Positions 37,439 through 47,477 of a stretch of DNA of 64,000 nt are shown in pieces (the first letter of the stretch is position 1; the number at the start of each line of letters is the position of its first letter). A program made the translations under genes and the position numbers. Below the pieces are notes generated by a model. It did no database searches. It saw only the letters and a list, made by a program, of their open reading frames with translations, and was not told where the DNA came from. This DNA comes from Candidatus Uhrbacteria bacterium RIFOXYC2_FULL_47_19 (GTDB taxonomy: Bacteria; Patescibacteriota; Patescibacteriia; SG8-24): NCBI GenBank assembly GCA_001791745.1, contig MGFG01000020.1, positions 10,712 through 74,711 on the forward strand, read 5' to 3'.

Positions 37439-37479
37439 ATTTGAGATGGACATCCACAACGAGCGGTATTCTTTTTGTA

Positions 37480-38139
37480 CTAGGTCGATAGCTTTTCCGT
37501 GATAATTGGTGTCTGAATTGGTGTGACAGGAACTCCACTTCGGATCTCGTTGCGACCCTTTAGTGCGTCAGTCAGAGTGATTTCGTCGGCGTAACCAACT
37601 TCGCTACCGATCGGCAAGCCGCGGGCTAGCCTGGTAACTCGGACATTGAACTGACTAACTGTTCTGGTTAGGTACATCATGGTCGACTCACCTTCAATAG
37701 TATGGTCAAAGGCTAGAATAATTTCTCGGACGGTTGAACCTTGGAGTCGAGCAATCAATTGCCGTACATTTAGTTCACGGGGTGTTAGTCCTTCAGCTGG
37801 TGATAGCCGACCACCGAGCACATGGTATAACCCACTGAATTCCCTAGTACGTTCTACGGCTAATAAATCTTGTTCAGTGGCGACTACACAGATTACACCG
37901 CGGTCGCGTCGAGCGTCGGAGCAAATGTTGCAAGGATCACTCTCGGTGTAGTTGCCACAGGTAGAACAAGCAGTCAAAGATCCGCCGGCTTCCATAATAG
38001 CTTCAGCCAATCGTTCGCGGTCGTCAGGTCGTCTTTTGAGCAAAGCAAAAGCATAACGCTCGGCTGTTTTTGGTCCAACGCCAGGCAACTGACCTAATTC
38101 ATCAATCAGACGTCCGATCGGTTCTGGAAAATTATTCAT
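37480..38139 (-). CDS. recR: Recombination protein RecR
   Basis: The HhH motif LPGVGPKTAERYAF is present. A C4 zinc finger reads CSTCGNYTESDPCNICSD, and a Toprim domain follows. Confidence 0.9.
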   Translation of the reverse strand: MNNFPEPIGRLIDELGQLPGVGPKTAERYAFALLKRRPDDRERLAEAIMEAGGSLTACSTCGNYTESDPCNICSDARRDRGVICVVATEQDLLAVERTREFSGLYHVLGGRLSPAEGLTPRELNVRQLIARLQGSTVREIILAFDHTIEGESTMMYLTRTVSQFNVRVTRLARGLPIGSEVGYADEITLTDALKGRNEIRSGVPVTPIQTPIITEKLST

Positions 38140-38147
38140 CTTTTATT

Positions 38148-38441
38148 CTATTGCAGTCCAGGGATATTTAAATCGCCACTCTGTTTCATGACTTCGATCA
38201 TTTTGCGCTGAACTTTCTTGACTGAGTCGTTAAATGCTTCACGAAGTGCGTCTTCTAATTTGTTACGATCAGACATCATGTCTGGATCAATATTGATTTT
38301 TTTGACTGATTGATTGCCATCAATTTCAATACGGACCTTACCCCAAGCTGCTGAACCTTCGACTGTAACTTCTCCCAGTTTAGATTGTAGTTGCTTTGCT
38401 TTGTCACGGAGATCTTTGACCTGTTTGAGCTTATTGAACAT
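38148..38441 (-). CDS. ybaB: Nucleoid-associated protein YbaB/EbfC
   Basis: The 97-aa sequence MFNKLKQVKDLRDKAKQLQ...VEGSAAWGKVRIEIDGNQ is colinear with the YbaB family. Confidence 0.85.
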   Translation of the reverse strand: MFNKLKQVKDLRDKAKQLQSKLGEVTVEGSAAWGKVRIEIDGNQSVKKINIDPDMMSDRNKLEDALREAFNDSVKKVQRKMIEVMKQSGDLNIPGLQ

Positions 38442-38548
38442 ACGATTGTCTAATTCTTAGATGTTTTGTGCCTTCATGGTTCCGTACTTGAGCTCGACAG
38501 TCAATACTTCTAGTTGAATGTTAGCAGTATTTATTTAAGTAGTTTCCA

Positions 38549-40126
38549 TTAATTAGAAGTCTGGGACATTTTTTGTTCTGCGACTTCTTCATTATTGGTA
38601 GTCCGTCTACTGTTACCAGGTGGTATTTGTCCCGGGCTTGGTGATGGCATGACTACGGGTATTGGTGTAGTGGCCATGACGACTTGAGGAGGGGGCGGAG
38701 ATTGGACAGTGATTTGTGCTGGTGGATTGTGTATTGGCAGAGCATAGTCATTGCCAGAGAATTTTTTGTCCAGATCACGGAAGCTGACTCGAGCTTCATC
38801 AAAAAACATTTTGATTACTCCAGTTGGACCATTACGATGTTTGGCTATGTGTATTTCGGCTAGGTATCGTTCGTCTAGTGGTATCTCTTCAGTTCGATAA
38901 TTTTTATCAGCGGCTTTGCGATAAATGAAGATAACCACGTCAGCATCCTGTTCAATCGATCCGGAGTCGCGTAGGTGCGACAGTTTAGGGATGGCAGGTT
39001 TAGATTGCTCAGTTATGCGTGATAGCTGAGAGAGGGCGACAACTGGGATGTTTAATTCACGAGCAATTCCTTTGAGTGCCCTAGTTATTTCAGCAACTTC
39101 TTGGGTGCGATTGCCGTCCGAATTTCGACCACGTGATTCCATTAACTGTAGGTAGTCGATCACCAACAAACCTAGCCCGTGTTCGATTTGGAGTCGACGA
39201 GCCTTGGTCCGTATTTCCATGACATTAATACTGGCTGTATCATCGATGAAAATCGGTGCTTCGGATAGATTACCGAGAGCATTACCAATACGTGAGAAGT
39301 CACCTTGGTCGTCAGAGTCGTTAAGTTGCCCACGACGCATACGCCAAAGATCTACACCAGCCTCAGCACAGATCATACGGTCGACTAGTTGTTCCTTGGA
39401 CATTTCAAGCGAGAAGATACCGACTGGTACCTTAGCACGGACCGCTGCTTGGCGCGCAATGTCTAAAGCGAAACTGGTTTTACCTACTGATGGTCGAGCA
39501 GCAAGGACAATTAGGTCCGAACGTTGCAGTCCACCTAGTAGTCCGTCGAGGTCGCGGTAGCCAGTGGTAATACCACGCAGTTTACCTCGTTCGCGGTGCA
39601 ACTCGTCAATACGCTCAAACGCTTCGGACAGTGCATCCTTCAATGGAGTGAAGTTGGTTTTGAGATACTTTTGTGAGACACCAAACAAAGTCTGTTCCGC
39701 CGAGTCGAGTAGTTTGTCTACATCTTCGACATCTTCAAAAGCCGAGGTTGTAATTTCACTGGCCGCAGTTAGCAAACGACGTAGAGTGGCTTTTTTTTGA
39801 ATGATGGCGGCGTAGTGATTAATGTGTGCAGCCGATGGTACTAAAGTTGTTAGTTCTGTTAGATAGGTTCGTCCTCCAATCGACTCCAGTCGAGTCATTT
39901 CTTCAAGACGATTGGTTAACGACAATAGATCAATCGGTTCTCGTTTTGCGTGTAGATCGAGAATAGCACGGAAGATGTCAACATGACTCTGCTTATAGAA
40001 ATCTTCTGGCCGGACTGAGTCGGCAATTCTAAGAATAGAATCGCGGTCAATAAGTAACGCACCCAAAAATGATTGTTCGGCCTCCAGATTTTGTGGTGGG
40101 ATTCTTTCAGCTTGAGACATAAGCAA
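38549..40126 (-). CDS. dnaB: Replicative DNA helicase DnaB (with a 70-aa Pro-rich C-terminal tail)
   Basis: PPQNLEAEQSFLGALL is the N-terminal signature. Walker A is ARPSVGKTSFAL. Walker B and the RecA-like motifs are present. The C-terminal extension reads PPAQITVQSPPPPQVV... Confidence 0.9.
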   Translation of the reverse strand: MLMSQAERIPPQNLEAEQSFLGALLIDRDSILRIADSVRPEDFYKQSHVDIFRAILDLHAKREPIDLLSLTNRLEEMTRLESIGGRTYLTELTTLVPSAAHINHYAAIIQKKATLRRLLTAASEITTSAFEDVEDVDKLLDSAEQTLFGVSQKYLKTNFTPLKDALSEAFERIDELHRERGKLRGITTGYRDLDGLLGGLQRSDLIVLAARPSVGKTSFALDIARQAAVRAKVPVGIFSLEMSKEQLVDRMICAEAGVDLWRMRRGQLNDSDDQGDFSRIGNALGNLSEAPIFIDDTASINVMEIRTKARRLQIEHGLGLLVIDYLQLMESRGRNSDGNRTQEVAEITRALKGIARELNIPVVALSQLSRITEQSKPAIPKLSHLRDSGSIEQDADVVIFIYRKAADKNYRTEEIPLDERYLAEIHIAKHRNGPTGVIKMFFDEARVSFRDLDKKFSGNDYALPIHNPPAQITVQSPPPPQVVMATTPIPVVMPSPSPGQIPPGNSRRTTNNEEVAEQKMSQTSN

Positions 40127-40400
40127 CAGAGAGTAGTGGGGTGATTTTCGCGACGTTTAGCCTATCCATAGTAGGCCGGACAGAAACTGGTAGCAAATCC
40201 ATCTTGGGGAGTTTCTGTGGGTCTTTTTTCCACTTTTGGTGAATAAGAGCCCAACTTAAGCCGGGACAAGAGGGTTCGATTGGTGGGATTGTTATCGATT
40301 GAAATTGAAACTTTTGAAGTTTATCCCATGGTTTGGGTTTCAGTGCGAGCGCAAAGCAGATATAATTTCAGACATGAAACACAAAGGAGGTAATCATCAG

Positions 40401-41531
40401 GTGTTAATGGCAGCCGTCACTTTAGTCGGAACGACTATTGGTGTCGGTATTTTTGGTATACCTTACGCTATCAGCCAAGTTGGGATTGGTTTGGCTTTAG
40501 TCTACTTTTTAGTTTTGGGTGGAATTCAGTTATTGCAATCGCTCTTTTATGCCGAAGCGGTCATGGCTTCTTCAGAGGAATTACGGTTGGTTGGTTTGGC
40601 TGGAAAGTTTTTTGGTCGGCATGTTCGCAGTGTTGCAGCAGTGGTATCGATTTTGGGTTTTTGGGGCGGACTAATTGCTTATATATTGGTTGGTGGAGTT
40701 TTTTTACATCTACTATTATCGCCTTGGTTAGGTGGAGCACTACTCCATTATCAGATTTTTTGGGGATTGGTTGGTGCAGTAGTCGTTTATTTTGGACTGG
40801 GTTTCATTGAGAAAGTTGATTTTTGGTTTACTGTTGCGTTGGTGATGGCGCTACTAGTCATAGTTAGCGTGGCTGGAGCACGAATCGAACCAGCTAATCT
40901 CGTAGCTTTAGTTCCGAGTGGTGATTTATTCCTACCATACGGTGTGATTCTGTTTTCTCTCTCTGGTATGTCAGCGATTCCAGAGATGAAGGATTTTATG
41001 GAAGGACGCAAACGGGGGTTTCGAAAGGCGATTGTTGTTGGTATGCTGGTGGCTATTTTTCTAACTTTATTGTTTGGTCTTGTGGTTTACGGTGTTACTG
41101 GACCAGGAACGACAAAGGATGCACTCGATGGATTAAATTTGGTTTTGGGTGGTGGTGTGGCTAGATTTGGAGCAATGTTTGGCTTTTTAGCTGTGGCAAC
41201 ATCATATTTTATGATCGGTCTGACCCTACGCTCGACCTTCGAATATGATTATCGACTACGGCGGACGTTGGCTTGGTTTTTGGCAGTAATGGTTCCTCTG
41301 GCGATAGTGATTTTAGGAGTTGATGATTTTATTTCAATTATTAGCTTTACTGGAGCGGTGTTTGGTGGTGTAACTGCAGTGATTATCGCTATGTTGTATG
41401 TGACTGTAACTAAACGTGGTTTATTGAAAAGCAGACGATTGGGTGTTAGTCGGATTTGGGCCTACATTAGTATTGTTGTGTTGTTATTAGGAGCTGGCTA
41501 TGAGACCTTAACCACATTATTGCGGTGGTAA
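40401..41531 (+). CDS. Amino-acid permease-like transporter (11-12 TM; Trp/Tyr-permease/HAAAP-like)
   Basis: The polytopic membrane protein begins VTLVGTTIGVGIFGIPYAISQ, typical of amino-acid transporter N-termini. The RBS AAAGGAGG at 40384-40391 places the start at GTG 40401 or ATG 40407. Confidence 0.6.
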   Translation: MLMAAVTLVGTTIGVGIFGIPYAISQVGIGLALVYFLVLGGIQLLQSLFYAEAVMASSEELRLVGLAGKFFGRHVRSVAAVVSILGFWGGLIAYILVGGVFLHLLLSPWLGGALLHYQIFWGLVGAVVVYFGLGFIEKVDFWFTVALVMALLVIVSVAGARIEPANLVALVPSGDLFLPYGVILFSLSGMSAIPEMKDFMEGRKRGFRKAIVVGMLVAIFLTLLFGLVVYGVTGPGTTKDALDGLNLVLGGGVARFGAMFGFLAVATSYFMIGLTLRSTFEYDYRLRRTLAWFLAVMVPLAIVILGVDDFISIISFTGAVFGGVTAVIIAMLYVTVTKRGLLKSRRLGVSRIWAYISIVVLLLGAGYETLTTLLRW

Positions 41532-41552
41532 TATCGAGTTTTTAGAAAAAGA

Positions 41553-41577
41553 AAAAACTCCCTTGTGGGAGTTTTTT
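41553..41577. terminator. Bidirectional terminator
   Basis: AAAAAACTCCC-ttgt-GGGAGTTTTTT. Confidence 0.7.
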
Positions 41578-41828
41578 GAAAATCTTCAAATTGGAAAACT
41601 TTCTACTAGGCTGCTGTTTCTTCAGTTGGGGTTTCTGGCTGGCTCTCTTCCGTTGCGGGAGCCTGACCCTCGGTAGCGGTTTCCTCGATCTTTTCTTCTC
41701 CGTCTTGTGGCTGAACGGCTTCTGTTGCTTCTTCTGACATAACTTTTTCGTTAGTCTGAGTTAATCGGTATCGGTTTATTCTTAATGGAGATTTTTGTTA
41801 AGCCGATGATGTTATTCTTTTTCTTCTT

Positions 41829-41857
41829 AAGAAAGAAAAACGGGGGAGTAACCCCCG
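41829..41857 (-). terminator. Rho-independent terminator for the 41877..42266 gene
   Basis: The minus strand reads CGGGGGTTACTCCCCCG followed by TTTTTCTTTCTT. Confidence 0.55.
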
Positions 41858-41876
41858 AAAGTTCTTTGAGAATGAC

Positions 41877-42266
41877 TTATGCAGCCTGTTGTCTCGGTTT
41901 CTTTTTCGGCTTAGCGTCGATCTGCGGATGTCTCATTTCTCCGCATTTGGTGCAAAGTTTCATGAGTGATCCACAAAAGTCGCTTATAGTGTGAGAAGTT
42001 TGTTCTTCACACCAGCGACAATAGATGATCTGGTTCGGTCTTTCGGGAGGCTCTATTTCCCGAAGCCGACTCCTTTCTTCTTTGGGGCGCTTTGGATTGT
42101 AGTGCTTTCCAATGAGTAACTTCTCTTCGGCACGGCGTTGTCTCCTCAACCTCCTTTTTTGGAGACGTGATTGTCGCCGATGCTTTCTCCTCTCGAGAAG
42201 TTCTTCTTCGGAAGGCTTTTTACCAGAGCTTTTCCCCTTGAGACGCCCAGATTTTTGTTTTGCCAT
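41877..42266 (-). CDS. Highly basic protein with a C-terminal C4 zinc ribbon
   Basis: The N-terminal 80 aa are Lys/Arg-rich (KHRRQSRLQKRRLRRQRR). The C-terminus reads CRWC...CTKC. Confidence 0.5.
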   Translation of the reverse strand: MAKQKSGRLKGKSSGKKPSEEELLERRKHRRQSRLQKRRLRRQRRAEEKLLIGKHYNPKRPKEERSRLREIEPPERPNQIIYCRWCEEQTSHTISDFCGSLMKLCTKCGEMRHPQIDAKPKKKPRQQAA

Positions 42267-42335
42267 CCTGCCTCCTTGGTCTAAAGAACTACCTCTAATA
42301 TGAATGCGGTGATTTGGTGGTCACCACCGATGTTT

Positions 42336-43193
42336 TTAGGTATTTGTGTTTTTGTTGGTTGGTAGGTCTTTTGCTAGACGCACAACGTTTCGAAGTAACA
42401 TGGCGACAGTAACTGGTCCGACACCACCAGGTACTGGGGTGATCCAATTGGCCACTTTACTTGCTGACTCGAAATCGACATCGCCGAGTATTCGACCATT
42501 AAGGCGTGTCGTACCAACATCGATAATCGTCACACCAGGCTTTAGCATTTGTCCGTTTATTAATCCCGGTCGGCCAACAGCTGTGATAAGTAGATCTGCT
42601 CGTTCGATCGTTGGTATCAAGTTGGTGGAGTCACTACCTACGGTTTTTATCTTCGCGCCCTGACGCTCTAGAAACAGTTCAAGCGGACGTGAGAAGACTC
42701 CGCTATTGGAGACAATAACGACTCTTTTTTCTTTCAATTCTAGTCCGGTTTCATCGAAGAGTCGTTTAAGCCCCTCGATTAGTCCAGGTAGTCGGCAGTT
42801 GGGATCTTGGAATATACGTTTGATTAGTTCAGGGTGAAATCCATCAACATCTTTGTTCGGATCGATCGTTCGAACGATTAGTTCAGTCTCTAATCCCTTG
42901 GGTAGTGGTAGTTGAACTACAATGCCGTGGATATCCTCGCGTTCGTTCAGTTCGATCACAGTCCGTACGACTTGATCTTCGCTAGCATCTTTAGGAAAGA
43001 GGAATGATTCGAAATGTACGCCGATTTTTTCGGCAGTCTCCTTTTTTTTGCGGACATAAATTTTGGAGGCTGGATCGTCTCCAACCAGAATGACCCCTAA
43101 TCCAGGGGTCGATTCAAGTGTTTTTATTTCCGAGCGTGTTTCGGCCAGTATTTTTTCAGCTACGGCTCGACCATCAATAATTTTAGCGGTCAT
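42336..43193 (-). CDS. folD: Bifunctional methylenetetrahydrofolate dehydrogenase/cyclohydrolase FolD
   Basis: [12 protein letters not shown]...[16 protein letters not shown]...VVQLPLP...TVAMLLRN. The full length is colinear with FolD. Confidence 0.9.
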   Translation of the reverse strand: MTAKIIDGRAVAEKILAETRSEIKTLESTPGLGVILVGDDPASKIYVRKKKETAEKIGVHFESFLFPKDASEDQVVRTVIELNEREDIHGIVVQLPLPKGLETELIVRTIDPNKDVDGFHPELIKRIFQDPNCRLPGLIEGLKRLFDETGLELKEKRVVIVSNSGVFSRPLELFLERQGAKIKTVGSDSTNLIPTIERADLLITAVGRPGLINGQMLKPGVTIIDVGTTRLNGRILGDVDFESASKVANWITPVPGGVGPVTVAMLLRNVVRLAKDLPTNKNTNT

Positions 43194-44472
43194 GATTATA
43201 GTCGAGGTTTGCGTAAAGCGGAAAAGCCTCAGTTAATTGACGAACCTCGGAGCGAATACGATTAAGTTCACTTTCGTTATTTGCCTTTAATGTTTGAGCA
43301 ATAAGTGAGGCAACTCGCCGCATTTCTGGCTCACATAATCCGCGAGTAGTCAGAACAGGTGTTCCTAGCCGTAATCCTGATGGATCAGTCGGTTTACGCT
43401 CATCGAAAGGGATTAAGTTTTTGTTGGAATGAATGCCGACATTATCTAGTTTGGTTGACGCTTCTTGTCCAAAAATACCGACTGGTGTTAGGTCGACGAG
43501 TACTAGATGATTATCCGTTCCGCCCGAGACCACTCGTAATCCTTCCTCGATTAATGCAGAGGAGAGTTCTTTAGCGTTCGCAATTACTTGGTGTTGGTAT
43601 TTAATGAAGTCGGAATGCAACGCTTCGCCGAAGGCTACAGCTTTAGCCGCAATAACGTGCATTAATGGGCCGCCTTGTATGCCAGGGAAGACCGCCGAAT
43701 CGATTCGTTGAGCCAGATTCTTTTTGTTGTTAGGACGCAACCGGTCTTCTGTTCGGCAAAGAATTAGTCCACCACGTGGACCGCGTAGAGTTTTGTGAGT
43801 GGTCGAGGTTACAACATCAGCTACAGCGATTGGGTCTGGATGCAACTTAGCTGCGATCAGTCCGGCAATATGCGCCATGTCGACCATTAAGTAGGCTCCG
43901 ACCTCATCAGCTATTTTTTTAAATTCAGCAAAGTCGATTGAACGTGGGTAGGCGGTAAAGCCGGCTAGGATAATTTTAGGACGTTCCTGTAGTGCCAGCT
44001 CTCGGATTTGATCTAGATCCAAAGTTTCGGTTTCTCGACTGACACCGTAGGGAATGAAAGAGTAGAGCTTACCAGAGAAATTAACTCGGCTACCGTGGGT
44101 CAGGTGTCCACCATGTGCTAGGTCCAGGGCCATGATTTTGTCACCGGGTTCAGCTAATGCAAAGTAGGCCGCCATGTTGGCTTGTGAACCGCAGTGTGGT
44201 TGGACGTTGGCATGTTCAGCACCAAAAAGATGCTTAGCACGTTCGATGGCTAGTGTTTCGGCAACATCAACATGCTCGTTACCGCCGTAGTAACGTTTGG
44301 CTGGGTAGCCCTCAGCGTACTTGTTGGTCAGTACTGTACCCAAGGTTTCGAGTACTGACTCAGAGACCGCGTTTTCGGAGGCGATCATCTCAAGTCCATT
44401 ACGCTGCCGATTCAACTCGGCGGATACTGCAGCGGCTACTTCTGGATCTTGTTGTCGTAGATGTTCAAGCAT
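43183..44472 (-). CDS. glyA: Serine hydroxymethyltransferase
   Basis: [16 protein letters not shown], the PLP site [12 protein letters not shown] and [10 protein letters not shown] are present. The likely start is the ATG at MLEHL. The longer track ORF uses a TTG. Confidence 0.9.
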   Translation of the reverse strand: MLEHLRQQDPEVAAAVSAELNRQRNGLEMIASENAVSESVLETLGTVLTNKYAEGYPAKRYYGGNEHVDVAETLAIERAKHLFGAEHANVQPHCGSQANMAAYFALAEPGDKIMALDLAHGGHLTHGSRVNFSGKLYSFIPYGVSRETETLDLDQIRELALQERPKIILAGFTAYPRSIDFAEFKKIADEVGAYLMVDMAHIAGLIAAKLHPDPIAVADVVTSTTHKTLRGPRGGLILCRTEDRLRPNNKKNLAQRIDSAVFPGIQGGPLMHVIAAKAVAFGEALHSDFIKYQHQVIANAKELSSALIEEGLRVVSGGTDNHLVLVDLTPVGIFGQEASTKLDNVGIHSNKNLIPFDERKPTDPSGLRLGTPVLTTRGLCEPEMRRVASLIAQTLKANNESELNRIRSEVRQLTEAFPLYANLDYNHDR

Positions 44473-44585
44473 AGGTCGGTAAAACTCTAGCACGCGTTTG
44501 ATGACATTTGAAGAAGATAAGTAGCTTTTTATGTTTGCCTTAATTAAGAAGGACAAATTGAAGGTCTTTTGAACTTTATGAGCAG

Positions 44586-46277
44586 TTAGTTGAGATCAAG
44601 TTTTTTAATCATGTAAGTACCATGACGTCGGTAACCAAGTTTACGATAGTAGGCTCGTACACCAATACCAGAAATGACCGCCATTTTTTTGAAGCCAGCT
44701 TCACGAGCTAGTTTTTCGGCTTGGTTCATTAACTGACGTCCATGACCGCGATGTTGGGCGGATCCCGAACTGTGATTATCAATCGGCACTAGGTGACCGT
44801 AGGTATGAAGTTCACGTAGTAGGGCAGCATCACGAATTTCAGTTGGTAAATTTTGTGGGTCAGTGATTCCTCTAGGGAGACGCAAACGACAGAAGGCAAA
44901 AACTGCTCGGCGTTTGGGGTCTTCGAATGATAAAAAATGTTCAGTTCCACCCGATGCTTCATAGATTTCATCAAAGAGCTTTGGTTTGATTGATAGGATA
45001 TCGGGATTAGTTTGAGCGACCCGTCCAACCTCACGACAGCGCAGGCAACGACAGGATAATCCACGTGCCTTCATCTCTTTTTCGATGTTTTGTCGCAGAC
45101 TGGTAATAGAATTACCAGCCATGATTGATGACGATGGAATGTCACGAATAACACGTGAGACACGACAGTATAGTGGTAGTTCTTTTTTGATTGCAATGAG
45201 TGTCTCGAGTAGCCCGGCATCTGAGTAAGGTCGATAGCGTCCGGATTTCCACCAGTTGTATAGTTCGGCGGTTTCGAGCACAGCGCAGGGGTAAATTTTA
45301 ATCATGTCCGGTCGGTAGTCCGAGTTATCGAAAATTTCTTGTAACATTTTGGTGTCTGATTTTGGTGTAGCTCCGGGTAGTTGAGGCATTAGATGATAGT
45401 CGACTTTGAAGCCGGCATTTTTTAGTAGCGCAGTAGCTTGAATCACGGCCGATGAGTCATGATCACGGTGACAGTTAGTCAAAATTTTATCATTGATAGT
45501 TTGTACACCTAATTCGATGCGTGTACAGCCCAACTCTCGCAGTCGGGCAATTTCTAGTGAATTAATGAAGTCGGGTCGAGTTTCGAGGGTTAAGCCGACA
45601 ATACGTTGAGTAGCCGACTCGTTACGAAGTTGTGATGTAGATAAATTGAATGATGCTTTATGACGATGCGCTGTGAAGTCATTGCAGGCATCAAAACAAC
45701 GACGAATGAATTCGCATCGATAGTCCCAACGATAGGCCGACCAGGTGCCACCTTTGACGATCAGTTCGATTTTGTCAGTCGGATGACCGTTATTTGTTAG
45801 AGCTTGTAATCGACCGATTACTTGGTGATAAGGATCGAACTTGTAGGTAAGTGCTCGCATGGCGGCCGGCTCGTTTGATAGATAGCTCTTCGGCATTCGA
45901 GCTTCAGAAGGACAATAGACGCAGCGACCAGGGCAAGGATAGGGCTTGGTTAGTACGGTTATTATCGCTACGCCAGAGAGTGATCTAATACGAGCTTTGA
46001 TTAGTAGACGCTCAAATAACGGATCGGCTAGATCAGGGTGAGTGGTGATCAATTCACGATAGACGGAAAGTAGTTTGCGAATTGGTGGCTGGCTGAGGTG
46101 GTGTTGGGAAAAGGTCTGGCGTACTACAGCAAAAAGATCATCACGTGTCTGAACGTGGGATTTAAGGGCGGTGCGAATAGCAGTGCGGGTCAACGTGGTA
46201 GTGTTGGGCGCATCTTTTGGGAGGTCATTCATAATGTCCGTCTTAAGACGGAAGATTAGCATCAGGGTTCTCGTCAA
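44586..46277 (-). CDS. Elp3-like radical-SAM/GNAT tRNA modification enzyme
   Basis: The radical SAM cluster motif is CPGRCVYCP. The C-terminal GNAT motif is [40 protein letters not shown]. The domain order is as in Elp3. Confidence 0.85.
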   Translation of the reverse strand: MTRTLMLIFRLKTDIMNDLPKDAPNTTTLTRTAIRTALKSHVQTRDDLFAVVRQTFSQHHLSQPPIRKLLSVYRELITTHPDLADPLFERLLIKARIRSLSGVAIITVLTKPYPCPGRCVYCPSEARMPKSYLSNEPAAMRALTYKFDPYHQVIGRLQALTNNGHPTDKIELIVKGGTWSAYRWDYRCEFIRRCFDACNDFTAHRHKASFNLSTSQLRNESATQRIVGLTLETRPDFINSLEIARLRELGCTRIELGVQTINDKILTNCHRDHDSSAVIQATALLKNAGFKVDYHLMPQLPGATPKSDTKMLQEIFDNSDYRPDMIKIYPCAVLETAELYNWWKSGRYRPYSDAGLLETLIAIKKELPLYCRVSRVIRDIPSSSIMAGNSITSLRQNIEKEMKARGLSCRCLRCREVGRVAQTNPDILSIKPKLFDEIYEASGGTEHFLSFEDPKRRAVFAFCRLRLPRGITDPQNLPTEIRDAALLRELHTYGHLVPIDNHSSGSAQHRGHGRQLMNQAEKLAREAGFKKMAVISGIGVRAYYRKLGYRRHGTYMIKKLDLN

Positions 46278-46378
46278 GCAATTGGACTGGTAGAAATAGG
46301 AGGCTTGACGCTAGCCTTAAGTTCTGCTTAAATTAATAGGTTGTCTGTACGTTTGTTGGCAGACACAGGAGGAGAGGG

Positions 46379-47335
46379 ATGGAGTACAACGAAGAGAGAC
46401 GACTTATAGTTGCTTTTCGTAATGGACTCGGGAGCGTCCTGTCGCACTGGAGGGAGTGTGGAGAGAATTCGGTCGGCGCCTACGGAAAATGTGTGGCCTA
46501 CTTGCACTCCTTCAGTCAGATGGCTGCCAAAGTGCGTTATAATGGCGGACGGTCGTTCATGGCCGGTTTGATCATTGAGCAGCTACTTATCGATTCTGTG
46601 CCACGACAGGTGCAAAGTCTGGTTCTGACAGCATTGGCACGGTGGGAACATGATGCCAACCCAGAAATTTCAGGGCTCCTGAAAGGTAAGACTGTTTCCT
46701 GGTTCGGGCGGGTGCTTGAGCTAGTGGCTGAGAGTCGAGCGGTAGCCTGTGTTTGTTGGTTCGAGGATATGGGCCGAGGAATTCTCATAGAGAATGACCA
46801 GGTCCGTTGTTGGATTCTGCCACCGCAACCGATTCGTATGTTACGCGGACTACTATTCGGTACTAAGCCGGGCAGTGATGGTATGGTCCGATTCTGGCAG
46901 CTGGCCGCCAGGTCGACAAGTTTTCCAGAGAAAATTTTCACCGATCCGGGTGACCATGACCGGCATATTTGCTACTTGACCGAGCAACATGTTAGACAGC
47001 TGGCAGCGTTCTTTTCTATCGCTCCAGAAGAGGCTGTCTGTCGATTCGGTAAGGTGTTGCAGACAATTGTTGAAAATATGACCTGCATCACCTACGTGCA
47101 GATCAGGAGTCAGGGTCGATTTTTTCAACGATCATTCTGCGACCATGAGGAGAATATTTCTTCGGACATGTTTCCAGAATTGACAAGGTCAGATCTGGCA
47201 AGAATGACCGAGGAAGATATCATCGTCTGGTCTATCGAAGTGCCGGATGAAAAACGACCACTTATTTTAAGGGCCATTCTGGCGTCAGTTGAGAGTGGTC
47301 GCCGTGAAGTAATTCGGAGAATCTTTTTTCACTAG
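46379..47335 (+). CDS. Hypothetical protein
   Basis: A 318-aa Cys-rich soluble protein. No family recognised. Confidence 0.5.
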   Translation: MEYNEERRLIVAFRNGLGSVLSHWRECGENSVGAYGKCVAYLHSFSQMAAKVRYNGGRSFMAGLIIEQLLIDSVPRQVQSLVLTALARWEHDANPEISGLLKGKTVSWFGRVLELVAESRAVACVCWFEDMGRGILIENDQVRCWILPPQPIRMLRGLLFGTKPGSDGMVRFWQLAARSTSFPEKIFTDPGDHDRHICYLTEQHVRQLAAFFSIAPEEAVCRFGKVLQTIVENMTCITYVQIRSQGRFFQRSFCDHEENISSDMFPELTRSDLARMTEEDIIVWSIEVPDEKRPLILRAILASVESGRREVIRRIFFH

Positions 47336-47477
47336 TTGACTAAGGGTCGACAAAAAGGCAAAACATTTCTTTCAATCGAGGTGCTATCTGCAGCACCTCG
47401 TCTTTTTTTGTTCGTATTTTTGTATGTTAGACAAGTTACGGTTTCATTTTGTTGGATTCGTGGCATAATTTGTCTAT

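Noticed and set aside
43359-44474. Internal plus-strand ORFs antisense to glyA (43359..43574 and 44253..44474) and similar antisense ORFs in typA, dnaB, the Elp3-like gene and secA
   Set aside because: They are embedded antisense within strongly supported conserved genes.
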